Of a DNA stretch of 64,000 nucleotides, positions 10,786-19,587 are shown piece by piece. The stretch is taken from the IMG/VR virus record IMGVR_UViG_3300027749_000070, positions 1 through 64,000 of that record, one strand, 5' to 3'. Origin of the DNA: a virus. Made by a program: the position numbers and the translations under genes. Under the pieces are notes generated by a model. That model was not told where the DNA came from and searched no databases. It saw only the letters and a list, made by a program, of their open reading frames with translations. Within the stretch, counting starts at the first letter, position 1. Each line of letters starts with the position of its first letter.

Positions 10786-10794
10786 ATCTTATAT

Positions 10795-11799
10795 TTAATT
10801 TATTTGAAAATAATTTATTGGTGAATTTTGTACCGTATTTGAATACCATAATGAATATGATGCTACTATACCATATTGATTTGAAAAATTAATAGATTTA
10901 TTTGTAAAAGCGGTTGTCAATAGTCCATTTGCTATAAAAACTGGTGAGCCTAAATAAGTTGGCATAGCGAATACTAAATAATTACCAGCACCATTTATAC
11001 CATTTAATGTTTGCACTTTTGTATTAGTTAATATATTTCCAGTATTTGTACCGGTACTATCAACTATACTAACACTTGCACCATTAAAATCAGTAGTTAT
11101 AAATGAATGACTTGAAGGATCAGTAGGATAATTGCCCCAATAAAATCTATCCTGAAATACTACACTAGCTGTTAATGATATTGGATTAACTCCATCATTA
11201 ACAGATAAAATAACTACTTCTGTTGTATTAGAAGCTGATGCAACCGTTATTATACCACTTTGAGTAGCTAATGATTGTATATAACCAATAGCATTTCCAT
11301 TATATCTAAAATAAGCAGATGAACCATTGAAACGTATATTATTAGGAAGTAATATATTTCCTAATAAATTAACGCTTCCTTGTGTTATATTCCATTTTAT
11401 ATAAAATTGATTGTAAGAAGTAGAACCATTTTCTAAGTAAACTATATTAGAATAAGGACCACCACTACCTACTGATAAAGATAAATTATTAATTACTGGC
11501 GCAACATATGGATGTAAAATTGAGTCAAACATTTGTTGAATAGTTAATCCAGCAGAGAAATTTGTCCCAGCAGTTAATCCGCCAATTGCTACGGTGCTTG
11601 CTGTATTGCTAGTATAGATAACACTAGAGGAATTAATAGAAGCGGTAGCACTTGTATCATATAATGTTAATACAGCATTTCTTAGTGTAGAAGCAAGTAT
11701 CGCACCACTGGTGTTATCTTTAAGATCAGCCATCATAGCATCCAAATTTGGATAACTAACTGAATAAGTACCTGAACCCGCTGTGCCGTATATTGACAT
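10795..11799 (-). CDS. Virion structural protein
   Basis: Paralogous AIGGL..GT.F...QMFDSILHPY segment; first gene after late promoter 11815-11823. Confidence 0.5.
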   Translation of the reverse strand: MSIYGTAGSGTYSVSYPNLDAMMADLKDNTSGAILASTLRNAVLTLYDTSATASINSSSVIYTSNTASTVAIGGLTAGTNFSAGLTIQQMFDSILHPYVAPVINNLSLSVGSGGPYSNIVYLENGSTSYNQFYIKWNITQGSVNLLGNILLPNNIRFNGSSAYFRYNGNAIGYIQSLATQSGIITVASASNTTEVVILSVNDGVNPISLTASVVFQDRFYWGNYPTDPSSHSFITTDFNGASVSIVDSTGTNTGNILTNTKVQTLNGINGAGNYLVFAMPTYLGSPVFIANGLLTTAFTNKSINFSNQYGIVASYSLWYSNTVQNSPINYFQIN

Positions 11800-11814
11800 A
11801 AATAGTTTTATTTT

Positions 11815-11823
11815 TATATATTA
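11815..11823 (-). promoter_or_regulatory. Putative late promoter TAATATATA (representative copy)
   Basis: Exact 9-mer just upstream of many starts: + strand 120, 12997, 15656, 21515, 26165, 30990, 50236; - strand 8010, 11815, 26153, 34285, 36016, 45826, 49767, 50192, 57082; resembles T4 TATAAATA. Confidence 0.75.
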
Positions 11824-11880
11824 AAAAAGCATATTCTTTTTTGAAAGAAAAATTTCGTATCTTTAACAAAAGATTAACAA

Positions 11881-12129
11881 ATGAAAAAACATACTAAAAT
11901 TATAAATCAATTAGTCAATTCAGCGGTTCAGTACCAAATGGAAACAAACTTTAAAAGAATTAAAGAAGGCAAATATCTAGATATTAACAAAAAACCATAT
12001 GACATAAAGTTAATTGATAATATGATAAACTTTTTTGAAGAAGATGAGGAATACGAAAAATGCGGAATTATACTAGATTTTAGGAATAAAATTTTAGATC
12101 ATGAAAATAATTATTATTCAATAATATAA
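11881..12129 (+). CDS. Small protein with UVR-like motif
   Basis: MINFFEEDEEYEKCGIILD resembles the UVR coiled-coil motif. Confidence 0.45.
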   Translation: MKKHTKIINQLVNSAVQYQMETNFKRIKEGKYLDINKKPYDIKLIDNMINFFEEDEEYEKCGIILDFRNKILDHENNYYSII

Positions 12130-12154
12130 CAAATGGATAATCACCCGTGTATAT

Positions 12155-12192
12155 AGTAGTATTATTATATATCATGATGTTGACGATCTTTT
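12155..12192. repeat. Dispersed intergenic repeat, copy 1 (copy 2 at 63463-63499)
   Basis: agtagtatta(t)tatatatcatgatgttgacgatctttt, identical except for one base. Confidence 0.85.
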
Positions 12193-12193
12193 T

Positions 12194-12964
12194 TTAATTA
12201 TGTCCGGAAACTATCTCAAATAGATAGTAATCCACTGAATTTAAATTTGTTTTTTTCTGGAACTTAACCTCAATATTTAAATCAACATTACTAGCTATAG
12301 TTTCCACAATATCATCTTCGGTAATCTCTTTATCTAAAAGAGCTTTGACTTTATCATAGTCTAAAACATCTTTCATTTGAAGTTTTTTATCCATACCAAG
12401 TTCAAGATCGGATATATTTTTGAAACTATAAAATTTATTTTTTGTGCTATCTATAAGTTTCTCTAAAATATTAGTTTTAACCTTTTCTATTTCTTCAGTG
12501 GTAAAAACCATTACTTTACGCATAACTCCATCATCATTTACAGAATATAAATGTATATCTTCTTTTATGCATTCAATATAAGATATACTTACTTTATAAA
12601 TATCCGCTAATGCTCTTTCGTGCTTATGTATATCTTCCTCTGTTGTTTGAAAATTAAATATACTCTCATTGACCATATAATTTTCAAATTTCTTTATAGA
12701 ACCATTTTGTATTTTTTTAAATAAACCATCTTTGAAAGCACCATAAATATCGTGTATTATATCTTTTAATACAACTTCAATACCATCTACGTCTTTCAAA
12801 TCATCATCTTCACTAATGAAATTACTAAAATTTTGAGTACCTGGCATCAAATATTTAGCAATTTTATCATGTGATATATTCATATCCGAATACTTTTTTA
12901 ATTTAGTATTAATCATCTTGTAGTAATTGTTTAACTCCTCTGAATTAGATATTGCCTTTTTCAT
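12194..12964 (-). CDS. Hypothetical protein
   Basis: 256-aa ORF; internal IKKFENYMVNE leader-like motif. Confidence 0.6.
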   Translation of the reverse strand: MKKAISNSEELNNYYKMINTKLKKYSDMNISHDKIAKYLMPGTQNFSNFISEDDDLKDVDGIEVVLKDIIHDIYGAFKDGLFKKIQNGSIKKFENYMVNESIFNFQTTEEDIHKHERALADIYKVSISYIECIKEDIHLYSVNDDGVMRKVMVFTTEEIEKVKTNILEKLIDSTKNKFYSFKNISDLELGMDKKLQMKDVLDYDKVKALLDKEITEDDIVETIASNVDLNIEVKFQKKTNLNSVDYYLFEIVSGHN

Positions 12965-13009
12965 AATTGTATATATTAAATATATACAATATAAATTAAT
13001 ATATACTTA

Positions 13010-13942
13010 ATGATATTAGAAAAACTTTCAAATATACTCCTTCATGATAATACTTTACCAATTGAGTTTATTATACGTCAATACTCATTAAATGAGGATA
13101 AGGAATATATACCTACTGGGAATGCTAGTGTTCCAAGATTTTCACTAGGTGATGTTGAAGGATTTGAAAATGTTCCTATTAACAAACCAATTACACCATC
13201 TGAAGATTTAATAATTAAAGCTATTAAATATGGTATGATTTTTCTAATTACATATAAAGGAGCTAAAGACGAACATACTGTAGGACATGAAAGAGTTATT
13301 TACCCAATGGTATTTGGTCGCTCATCTGTTGGTAAATTATTAATAAGAGGATATCACTTAAAAGGTTGGTCTGTTTCTAACAATCGCAATATCGAAAAAA
13401 TATGGAGATTATTTAGATATGATAGAATTAAGTCTATCATATTTACTGGGTCATTTTATAGACTACCACCTACTGGATACAATATGTATGATAAAGGTAT
13501 GCGTGGTGGTATTATAGCAAGAGCGGATTTTAATGAAATAAGAAGAAATCAAGAAACTTTAACTAAAGCGGAAAAGATTGAAAATAGAAAAAATATTCAA
13601 CTTGAACCAGAAGTTAAAAATCAAAATACTAAAATCAAAGTAATAGATACTAATACTGAATTAGATTTAGATAATCCATATGATAATCAATACATTAAAA
13701 ATGAAGAAAATGCCGCTAATTTAAGAATTACTTTCTTAAAATCTATTTATGGTGAAAAACATATTGCTATACTTGGAACAGAAGGTGAAAAAGATAATCA
13801 AGTCGAAGTGACTCCAAATGTAGGCACATTTAAAGTATTACAAACTATTACAGGTAAAGAATTAAAAGAAGTTGCTGAAAAGCCAGAAATAGTTAAGGGA
13901 AATAAAATATTTAAATTATACACATTTATGAGGAAATTATAA
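13010..13942 (+). CDS. WYL-domain protein
   Basis: KAIKYG.I.LITY...ERVIYPMVFG.....LIRGY...WRLFRYDRIKSI. Confidence 0.7.
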   Translation: MILEKLSNILLHDNTLPIEFIIRQYSLNEDKEYIPTGNASVPRFSLGDVEGFENVPINKPITPSEDLIIKAIKYGMIFLITYKGAKDEHTVGHERVIYPMVFGRSSVGKLLIRGYHLKGWSVSNNRNIEKIWRLFRYDRIKSIIFTGSFYRLPPTGYNMYDKGMRGGIIARADFNEIRRNQETLTKAEKIENRKNIQLEPEVKNQNTKIKVIDTNTELDLDNPYDNQYIKNEENAANLRITFLKSIYGEKHIAILGTEGEKDNQVEVTPNVGTFKVLQTITGKELKEVAEKPEIVKGNKIFKLYTFMRKL

Positions 13943-14879
13943 TATTTATAATCTCATTAGTGGGATCGTCCCATTTATCAAAACTAATTTTATCAGTTTG
14001 TAAAAAATTATCCACATCTTCTAATTTACCAGTAAAAATACCCAAATCTTTTAATGCTTTTGCATTAGATTCTTGCTCATATTGACCTTTAACAGGTATA
14101 ACCATTAATTTTTTTGACATATATAAAGCTTCGGATGAAGTTTGAAATCCAGCATTAGTAATTATGCCATGTGAATTAATAAAACTATTAACAAAACTTC
14201 CTTTATCAATAGGGTAAATTAAACAATTCTTATATCTATACACTGTTTTTATATCCGAATGAAATATGTGAAATATATTATTATATACAGATAATTCATC
14301 TAAAGTATTTAATAAACCATATGAAGGTAAATACACTGTATAATGTCCAGCATCAGTTGGATTTAATTCTAAAATATCATTACTAATTATAGGCTGATAA
14401 ATAAAATCGTCATAAGATTTATAATGCAATCCAAATGGTATATCTACCGGTGCCATCCATTTTAAAATCTTTTCTCCCATCCAATCTTTACCATTTCTTG
14501 GAGTATTTTTGCTAATAAAAGAATACTGATTAGAAATACCATAACATGGTTTGCCATTTATTTTACATGCCCATGCTGTTATAGGTTCAAAATCACTTAT
14601 AACCTTATCATAGTTTAAATCTAATCTAATATTTTTAATAAAATCCATTACATCAAAAGACATAATAGTTTTTAAATAATCAATACCACCAGATGAAGTG
14701 GTGAAAAATGTAAAACCTTTAAATCTCCATTTAACATCAAATGGGAAATCAATAAAAGCATTTTTACCAGATAATAAAATATCTACGGTATGTCCAAGTA
14801 ATCTCAATCTATTGATTATTTTAATAGATCTTGTTAAATGACCGTTCCCTGTACATTGGATTCCATATAATATTTTCAT
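13926..14879 (-). CDS. GT-B glycosyltransferase (MJ1255/GT28-like)
   Basis: MKILYGIQCTGNGHLTRS, ISDFEP, NAGFQTSSEAL, P..GQYEQ..NA. Confidence 0.85.
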   Translation of the reverse strand: MKILYGIQCTGNGHLTRSIKIINRLRLLGHTVDILLSGKNAFIDFPFDVKWRFKGFTFFTTSSGGIDYLKTIMSFDVMDFIKNIRLDLNYDKVISDFEPITAWACKINGKPCYGISNQYSFISKNTPRNGKDWMGEKILKWMAPVDIPFGLHYKSYDDFIYQPIISNDILELNPTDAGHYTVYLPSYGLLNTLDELSVYNNIFHIFHSDIKTVYRYKNCLIYPIDKGSFVNSFINSHGIITNAGFQTSSEALYMSKKLMVIPVKGQYEQESNAKALKDLGIFTGKLEDVDNFLQTDKISFDKWDDPTNEIINIIISS

Positions 14880-14893
14880 AAAGGGTTGTTTAT

Positions 14894-14905
14894 TAATATA
14901 TATTA
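14894..14905. promoter_or_regulatory. Palindromic bidirectional late promoter TAATATATATTA
   Basis: Between divergent GT and phosphoesterase genes; the same 12-mer lies at 32089-32100 between other divergent genes. Confidence 0.6.
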
Positions 14906-14923
14906 CATAAATATACCCCTTTT

Positions 14924-15658
14924 ATGCAAAAAATCAAAACTTTATTTATTTCGGATACACATTTAGGCAATAAGAACTCACAAGCGGACAAACTATTAGA
15001 GGTTTTTAAACAATATGAATTTGAAAATCTTTTTATTATAGGTGATTTCATAGACATGACGGCTATGAAAAGAAAATTCTACTGGAATCAAGAGCACTCT
15101 ACTGTTATTCAAAAAGTACTTAAATTATCTCGTCATAACGTAAATTGTGTTTATTTAATTGGAAATCATGATTTTTTTGTTAGAGATTTAATAAAAGAAC
15201 AAGATATAAATTTAGGTAATATTTTAATTTGTAATGAGTATATTTATACTTCTATTAAAGGAGAAAAAATACTTTTAGTTCATGGTGATTGTTTTGATGG
15301 ATTTGTAGCTACACATAAATTATTGTATGTAATTGGTGATTTTGGTTATGAATTATCTATGAAAATAAATTGGTTATATAATAAGGTAAGAAAATTATTC
15401 AAAATGAATTATTGGAGTTTTTCGGCTTATTTGAAAAAGAAAGTAAAAAATATAATAAAATTTTTAACTGAATATAAAAAAGCGTCTATGCAATTAGTTA
15501 AAGATAAAAATTGCGATTCAATAATGATAGGACATACTCATGCACCAGAAATAATATTAGGTGAATATTATAATACAGGAGATTTTGTAGAATCTTGTTC
15601 TTATATAATTGAAGATTTAGAAGGTAATTTAGAATTGAAATTCATAGATAAACATTAA
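14924..15658 (+). CDS. Metallophosphoesterase, PlcP/LpxH-like
   Basis: FISDTHLG, GDFID, YW...H..VIQKVL, GNHD, HGD, GHTH, NTGD. Confidence 0.85.
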   Translation: MQKIKTLFISDTHLGNKNSQADKLLEVFKQYEFENLFIIGDFIDMTAMKRKFYWNQEHSTVIQKVLKLSRHNVNCVYLIGNHDFFVRDLIKEQDINLGNILICNEYIYTSIKGEKILLVHGDCFDGFVATHKLLYVIGDFGYELSMKINWLYNKVRKLFKMNYWSFSAYLKKKVKNIIKFLTEYKKASMQLVKDKNCDSIMIGHTHAPEIILGEYYNTGDFVESCSYIIEDLEGNLELKFIDKH

Positions 15659-15668
15659 TATATAACTA

Positions 15669-16070
15669 ATGAAATACTTATTAGATTTTGAGATTTTTGA
15701 AAAGAAAAATTATTTTAAGGGCAGTGAGTTTGCAGATGATGAGGGAAGGTCTTGGAGTGTTGAAAAAGTATACCGTTTTGTTAAAAAACATAAAAAGAAA
15801 TACTATCACCCAAGATACGACTTAGATAATATAAAAGATAATCTAAAATGGTGGCGTAGTATTTATTCAATTAAAAATAAAAAACATAGAAACAGAATGC
15901 TGGATGCAGATACTAAATATCCTATTTTAGTTATAAAAGACGGTGAAGAATTAAATGTATGTGACGGTCTAAATCGTTTATATAAAGCAATTAAAATTGA
16001 AAAAAGAAAAACTTTACCAGTTTATTTATTTAATAAAGAGGATATTATGCATCTTAAAAACAAAGATTAA
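15669..16070 (+). CDS. ParB/Srx-like domain protein with MKYL leader
   Basis: ADTKYPILV.......DGLNRLYKA. Confidence 0.6.
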   Translation: MKYLLDFEIFEKKNYFKGSEFADDEGRSWSVEKVYRFVKKHKKKYYHPRYDLDNIKDNLKWWRSIYSIKNKKHRNRMLDADTKYPILVIKDGEELNVCDGLNRLYKAIKIEKRKTLPVYLFNKEDIMHLKNKD

Positions 16071-16095
16071 TTTAAATATATAAAAATAAAAAATT

Positions 16096-16611
16096 ATGTC
16101 ATTTAGTTTATACGATAAAGAAGAATTAGAAGCAATTGCCAAAAAAGAAGAATCCAATAATAGAATGGAAGAATTCTTTAATAGTAAAAGAGAAATATGG
16201 AATAAAGAAATCGAACCATTAAATGAAATATCAAGATTAAGATATAACCAAGAAAATGCTTCTCAAATAGTTGAGCTACAAGCTTCCGCTTTGGCATTTA
16301 GACAAAGAATTAATGAAGAAGTATCTTTTTATCTACAGAAGCTTTCCAAAGAAAAAATTAAATTAAAAAGAGCCGTTCAAGAAAAAATGGTTTGGTATGC
16401 TGCTGGTAAATCACCACTTAATTTAAATGGCAAATTAAGTAATTCTCAAATGACGAGCATAATTGATGCTCATACATCGGAAACAGAAAGAGGTGTTGAG
16501 TTAATTGAAATACATATTGATTTTTTAAGAACATCGGCTAAAAATCTTGCCGATATAGGTTATCAAGTAAAAAACACAATTGAGCTTTATAATCTATTGT
16601 CTAAAAATTAA
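16096..16611 (+). CDS. uvsY: UvsY-like recombination mediator
   Basis: Helical; WYAAGK, IDFLR..AKNL..IGYQVKNTIE matches the UvsY C-terminus. Confidence 0.6.
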   Translation: MSFSLYDKEELEAIAKKEESNNRMEEFFNSKREIWNKEIEPLNEISRLRYNQENASQIVELQASALAFRQRINEEVSFYLQKLSKEKIKLKRAVQEKMVWYAAGKSPLNLNGKLSNSQMTSIIDAHTSETERGVELIEIHIDFLRTSAKNLADIGYQVKNTIELYNLLSKN

Positions 16612-16613
16612 TA

Positions 16614-16639
16614 AAACAATTTTCTACTTATAAGTATAA
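16614..16639 (+). promoter_or_regulatory. Putative middle promoter AAAC-N17/18-TATAA (representative copy)
   Basis: Same arrangement at 85-110, 20744-20770 and 37620-37645; variants before primase (29795) and ClpP (36044). Confidence 0.5.
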
Positions 16640-16644
16640 AGTTT

Positions 16645-17433
16645 ATGAGTAAAAAATTATCTATCAACTTAAATAAGCGTTTCTTTCCAGATTTTATCGC
16701 TAAAATACAAGACTTATCCAGTATCAATGACGTTGTAAAACTGAAAATAGAAACTGATAAAGTTTTAATGTATGCCATGAAGGCAAATGATAATGCTGTT
16801 TTAGCATTAAAGAGTTATATACTTCCTACTACAAATTATTTCGATAATTTTAACCAAGAAGATATGTTTGATTTCATTATTGTTAATGCACCAAAGTTTA
16901 TCAAGTCATTAAAATTTTTTGACATTGATACACAAATTAAAATGGATGTAATTTATAAACCACACCATGAAAATGAAGGTGTAATGCAGATACGTTCAGC
17001 ACAATTTACTAATGGTAAATTAAAAATATCTACAATTGGTGGTGAAGATGATAAAATTAGAGATTTGAACGCTGAACTTCTTGAAACTAGAACTGATATA
17101 GAAAATGCTAGTTTTGATTTTCAAATTACTAAACATGATTTTAACGATGTTAAAAAATTATGTGCTATTGATTCGGAAGAAAAAATCTTATCTATTGATA
17201 TAGAAGAAGGAAAAATTGTAGCAAGCGAAATATCTAAATGGGAACTTCAACTAGGAGAAATTGATTCTTCATTTAACCAAAAAATTATTTTCAATAAAAA
17301 GTATTTATCAAATATAAATGGCGACATGGATATGATTAACTTTTATATGTTTGATACATTTATCTTAGTAAAGGATAATATATCTTCACTGATGCTTTCG
17401 TTTGAACAAACTTTTGATGAAGATGATGAATAA
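16645..17433 (+). CDS. Sliding clamp (gp45/PCNA-like)
   Basis: 262 aa, two-domain alpha/beta clamp pattern (FQITKHDFNDVKKL, IIFNKKYL), adjacent to UvsY. Confidence 0.6.
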   Translation: MSKKLSINLNKRFFPDFIAKIQDLSSINDVVKLKIETDKVLMYAMKANDNAVLALKSYILPTTNYFDNFNQEDMFDFIIVNAPKFIKSLKFFDIDTQIKMDVIYKPHHENEGVMQIRSAQFTNGKLKISTIGGEDDKIRDLNAELLETRTDIENASFDFQITKHDFNDVKKLCAIDSEEKILSIDIEEGKIVASEISKWELQLGEIDSSFNQKIIFNKKYLSNINGDMDMINFYMFDTFILVKDNISSLMLSFEQTFDEDDE

Positions 17434-17713
17434 GAACATTGATACCGAAGAAGAGTTGATGAAAATTTTGGTAGAAGAATTATCAAAAGAAGTTGATAAA
17501 CAGGTCATTAATGATGTAATGGCTTCTATGAAAATTATTGATGAATTTAATTTAAAACTTAAAGAAATTAAAGCTTTTAATAGAGAAATACAAATTGATA
17601 ATATATTATACGGTACTAATAATGCACTTCTAGAAATAGAAAAGACAGAAGAATATAATAAATTATCAGATGAACTTAAACAAGAATATATTAAAAATGG
17701 TAGATTATTATGA
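17423..17713 (+). CDS. Major-capsid (gp23) central-helix fragment plus NRExQID module
   Basis: IDTEEELMKILVEELSKEVDKQVI ~ T4 gp23 MDADAELSGILATEIMLEINREVV. Confidence 0.55.
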   Translation: MMNKNIDTEEELMKILVEELSKEVDKQVINDVMASMKIIDEFNLKLKEIKAFNREIQIDNILYGTNNALLEIEKTEEYNKLSDELKQEYIKNGRLL

Positions 17714-18021
17714 CACAAAGCTTAATAGGACATAAAAGTCCAGATATTCAAACAGGTATTGTATTTGCGCCATATATTCATATGGAATCAACCGCAATAA
17801 TAGAATCATCCTTGCTTAAAAAAGCTGAAATAAAGGTTAAAGCAATTAACCGTGAAAGACAAATAGACTCGATTTTAGAAGATAAAGATTTTATACCAAT
17901 GGATATAAAAGAAACTGCCGAATATAAAGAGTTTGAAAATACATATATGAAACCTTTAACAGGTATAAAAAGTAGATATGCAATAGCATCAATTGGAAAT
18001 GAGTATAAAAAAACAAACTAA
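17710..18021 (+). CDS. Major-capsid (gp23) C-terminal fragment with inserted NRExQID module
   Basis: GHKSPDIQTGIVFAPY...KPLTGIKSRYAI ~ gp23 GYKGPNEMDAGIYYAPY...QPVMGFKTRYGI. Confidence 0.7.
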   Translation: MTQSLIGHKSPDIQTGIVFAPYIHMESTAIIESSLLKKAEIKVKAINRERQIDSILEDKDFIPMDIKETAEYKEFENTYMKPLTGIKSRYAIASIGNEYKKTN

Positions 18022-18475
18022 AGAAGAACTAATAGATAAATGGGAACCAGTTTTAGATAAAATGGGATTATCTGGTGATAAAAAAGATTGGATGGCTCAA
18101 TATGCAGAGGCGCAATCAACAGCAGACGCTAATAATAGCAGCTCGTTATGGAACCAACAAATTGCACAATTAGGTGGAACCGCAAGTGATCCTTTTTCAG
18201 CAGCAATTTTTCCAGTAGTTAGAAGAGTTGCAGCAACAACCATATCAAATGGTGATGTTGAACTTTTGAAAAAGGCTGAAAATATGGTGATAGCTGTCAA
18301 TCGTGAAAAACAAATTGATTCTATATTAGAAGATAAAGATCCTACACTTATATCAATAGAAGATACCGAAGAATATAAAGAATATCTAAATAGCGGTTTA
18401 GTTTCAGTCAAACCTATGTCTGCTCCATCTGGATTGTTATATTTTCTGGACTATAAATATGATGATAAAAAATAA
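17999..18475 (+). CDS. Major-capsid (gp23) N-terminal fragment with inserted NRExQID module
   Basis: TKEELIDKWEPVL ~ gp23 TKAELLNKWKPLL; VVRRVAATTI...VSVKPMSAPSG ~ MVRRAIPNLI...GVQPMNSPTG. Confidence 0.75.
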   Translation: MSIKKQTKEELIDKWEPVLDKMGLSGDKKDWMAQYAEAQSTADANNSSSLWNQQIAQLGGTASDPFSAAIFPVVRRVAATTISNGDVELLKKAENMVIAVNREKQIDSILEDKDPTLISIEDTEEYKEYLNSGLVSVKPMSAPSGLLYFLDYKYDDKK

Positions 18476-18572
18476 TAATAAAAAATGATAATAACTACTA
18501 CATATATAATAACATCGTTTGGAACAATGATTAATGGAACACAAATTATAATTAGTGATTTTACAATTAATT

Positions 18573-19081
18573 TTAGATAACTTTTTTAAATACTAACTTA
18601 CAAGTTAGTTGATGAGACAGAGCCCTAATGAATTCATTAGAGGCTTTTGTTTTATGTATAACTGGAGCTTTTTTAATTATATTATAATCTTGCGTTTCAG
18701 TCACATAAATTAAACCAGCATAAGAAGGCACTTCATCTATACTAATAAGATTTTCAGGAACTACAAAGTAAAAATAATTTGGAACTAAATAAAAAGTTTT
18801 TTTTTAGTTTCTTTAATAAATTTACCTTCTGTTATTAAGTTATGTTTTGGTTTTTTAAAATCAGCCTTAAAATCACTTCTACTTATTTTAACCTCATATT
18901 CATATATGAAATCCGATTTACTTATAGATATAACATCGCATTCTTGTAATCCATATATAGAAGCGTGTGTTGATATAGGAGAGTGTCCTTTTTGATATAA
19001 ATTCATTACTAAACCAGCTTCTATATCTTTGGAAGCTGAATTGGATCTTTTAATTTTATTGATTGAGGATTTTCTTGACAT
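18573..19081 (-). CDS. MmcB-like PD-(D/E)XK nuclease, split by a -1 frameshift at an A9 run
   Basis: ECDVISI...EYEVKISRSDFKAD in frame 0; PNYFYFVVPENLISIDEVPSYAGLIYV continues in the -1 frame after the run at 18797-18805. Confidence 0.7.
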
Positions 19082-19109
19082 TAGTATTTTAGATTTTTAT
19101 ATATAATAT

Positions 19110-19580
19110 ATGAATTATATATCAAACTTTAATGGTTATATTAAAGAACATAAATACTCTCATTTAAAAAAAGAGTCTCCATTACTTATGGGTAAAATAG
19201 AATCTAATGATACACTTCCAATAAAAGGCTCTTGTGTTATAATTTTAAGTAGTCCTTATCCTGATAAATTAAAAAGAGTTTTTATGGGAATAATTGATAA
19301 AGTTGTGGATGAAAGAAAGGTAATTTTTATATCACAATACTTTATTGTTAAAGAATATATAAATGGTAAAATATGGTATGAAAAAGTTAATTTAGATATA
19401 AAAAAATATCTAAATATGTATTCCAATTCATTGGTATTAAAACAAAATAAAACTCCTTTATGGGAAGAATCATCACAATTAAATAAAGAACAATTTTTTA
19501 ATCAATACCAAAATAAGTTAAAAGAACTACTATATAGAGACGATATATACATATTTAAATCAAATAGTCTACCAAAATAA
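19110..19580 (+). CDS. Hypothetical protein with leader MNYISNFNGYIKE
   Basis: ORF preceded by TATATA. Confidence 0.55.
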   Translation: MNYISNFNGYIKEHKYSHLKKESPLLMGKIESNDTLPIKGSCVIILSSPYPDKLKRVFMGIIDKVVDERKVIFISQYFIVKEYINGKIWYEKVNLDIKKYLNMYSNSLVLKQNKTPLWEESSQLNKEQFFNQYQNKLKELLYRDDIYIFKSNSLPK

Positions 19581-19587
19581 ACAATTA

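Noticed and set aside
17423-18475. One frameshifted major capsid gene
   Set aside because: Pieces are out of gp23 order, cover only part of it, and each has its own copy of the module and a coupled start
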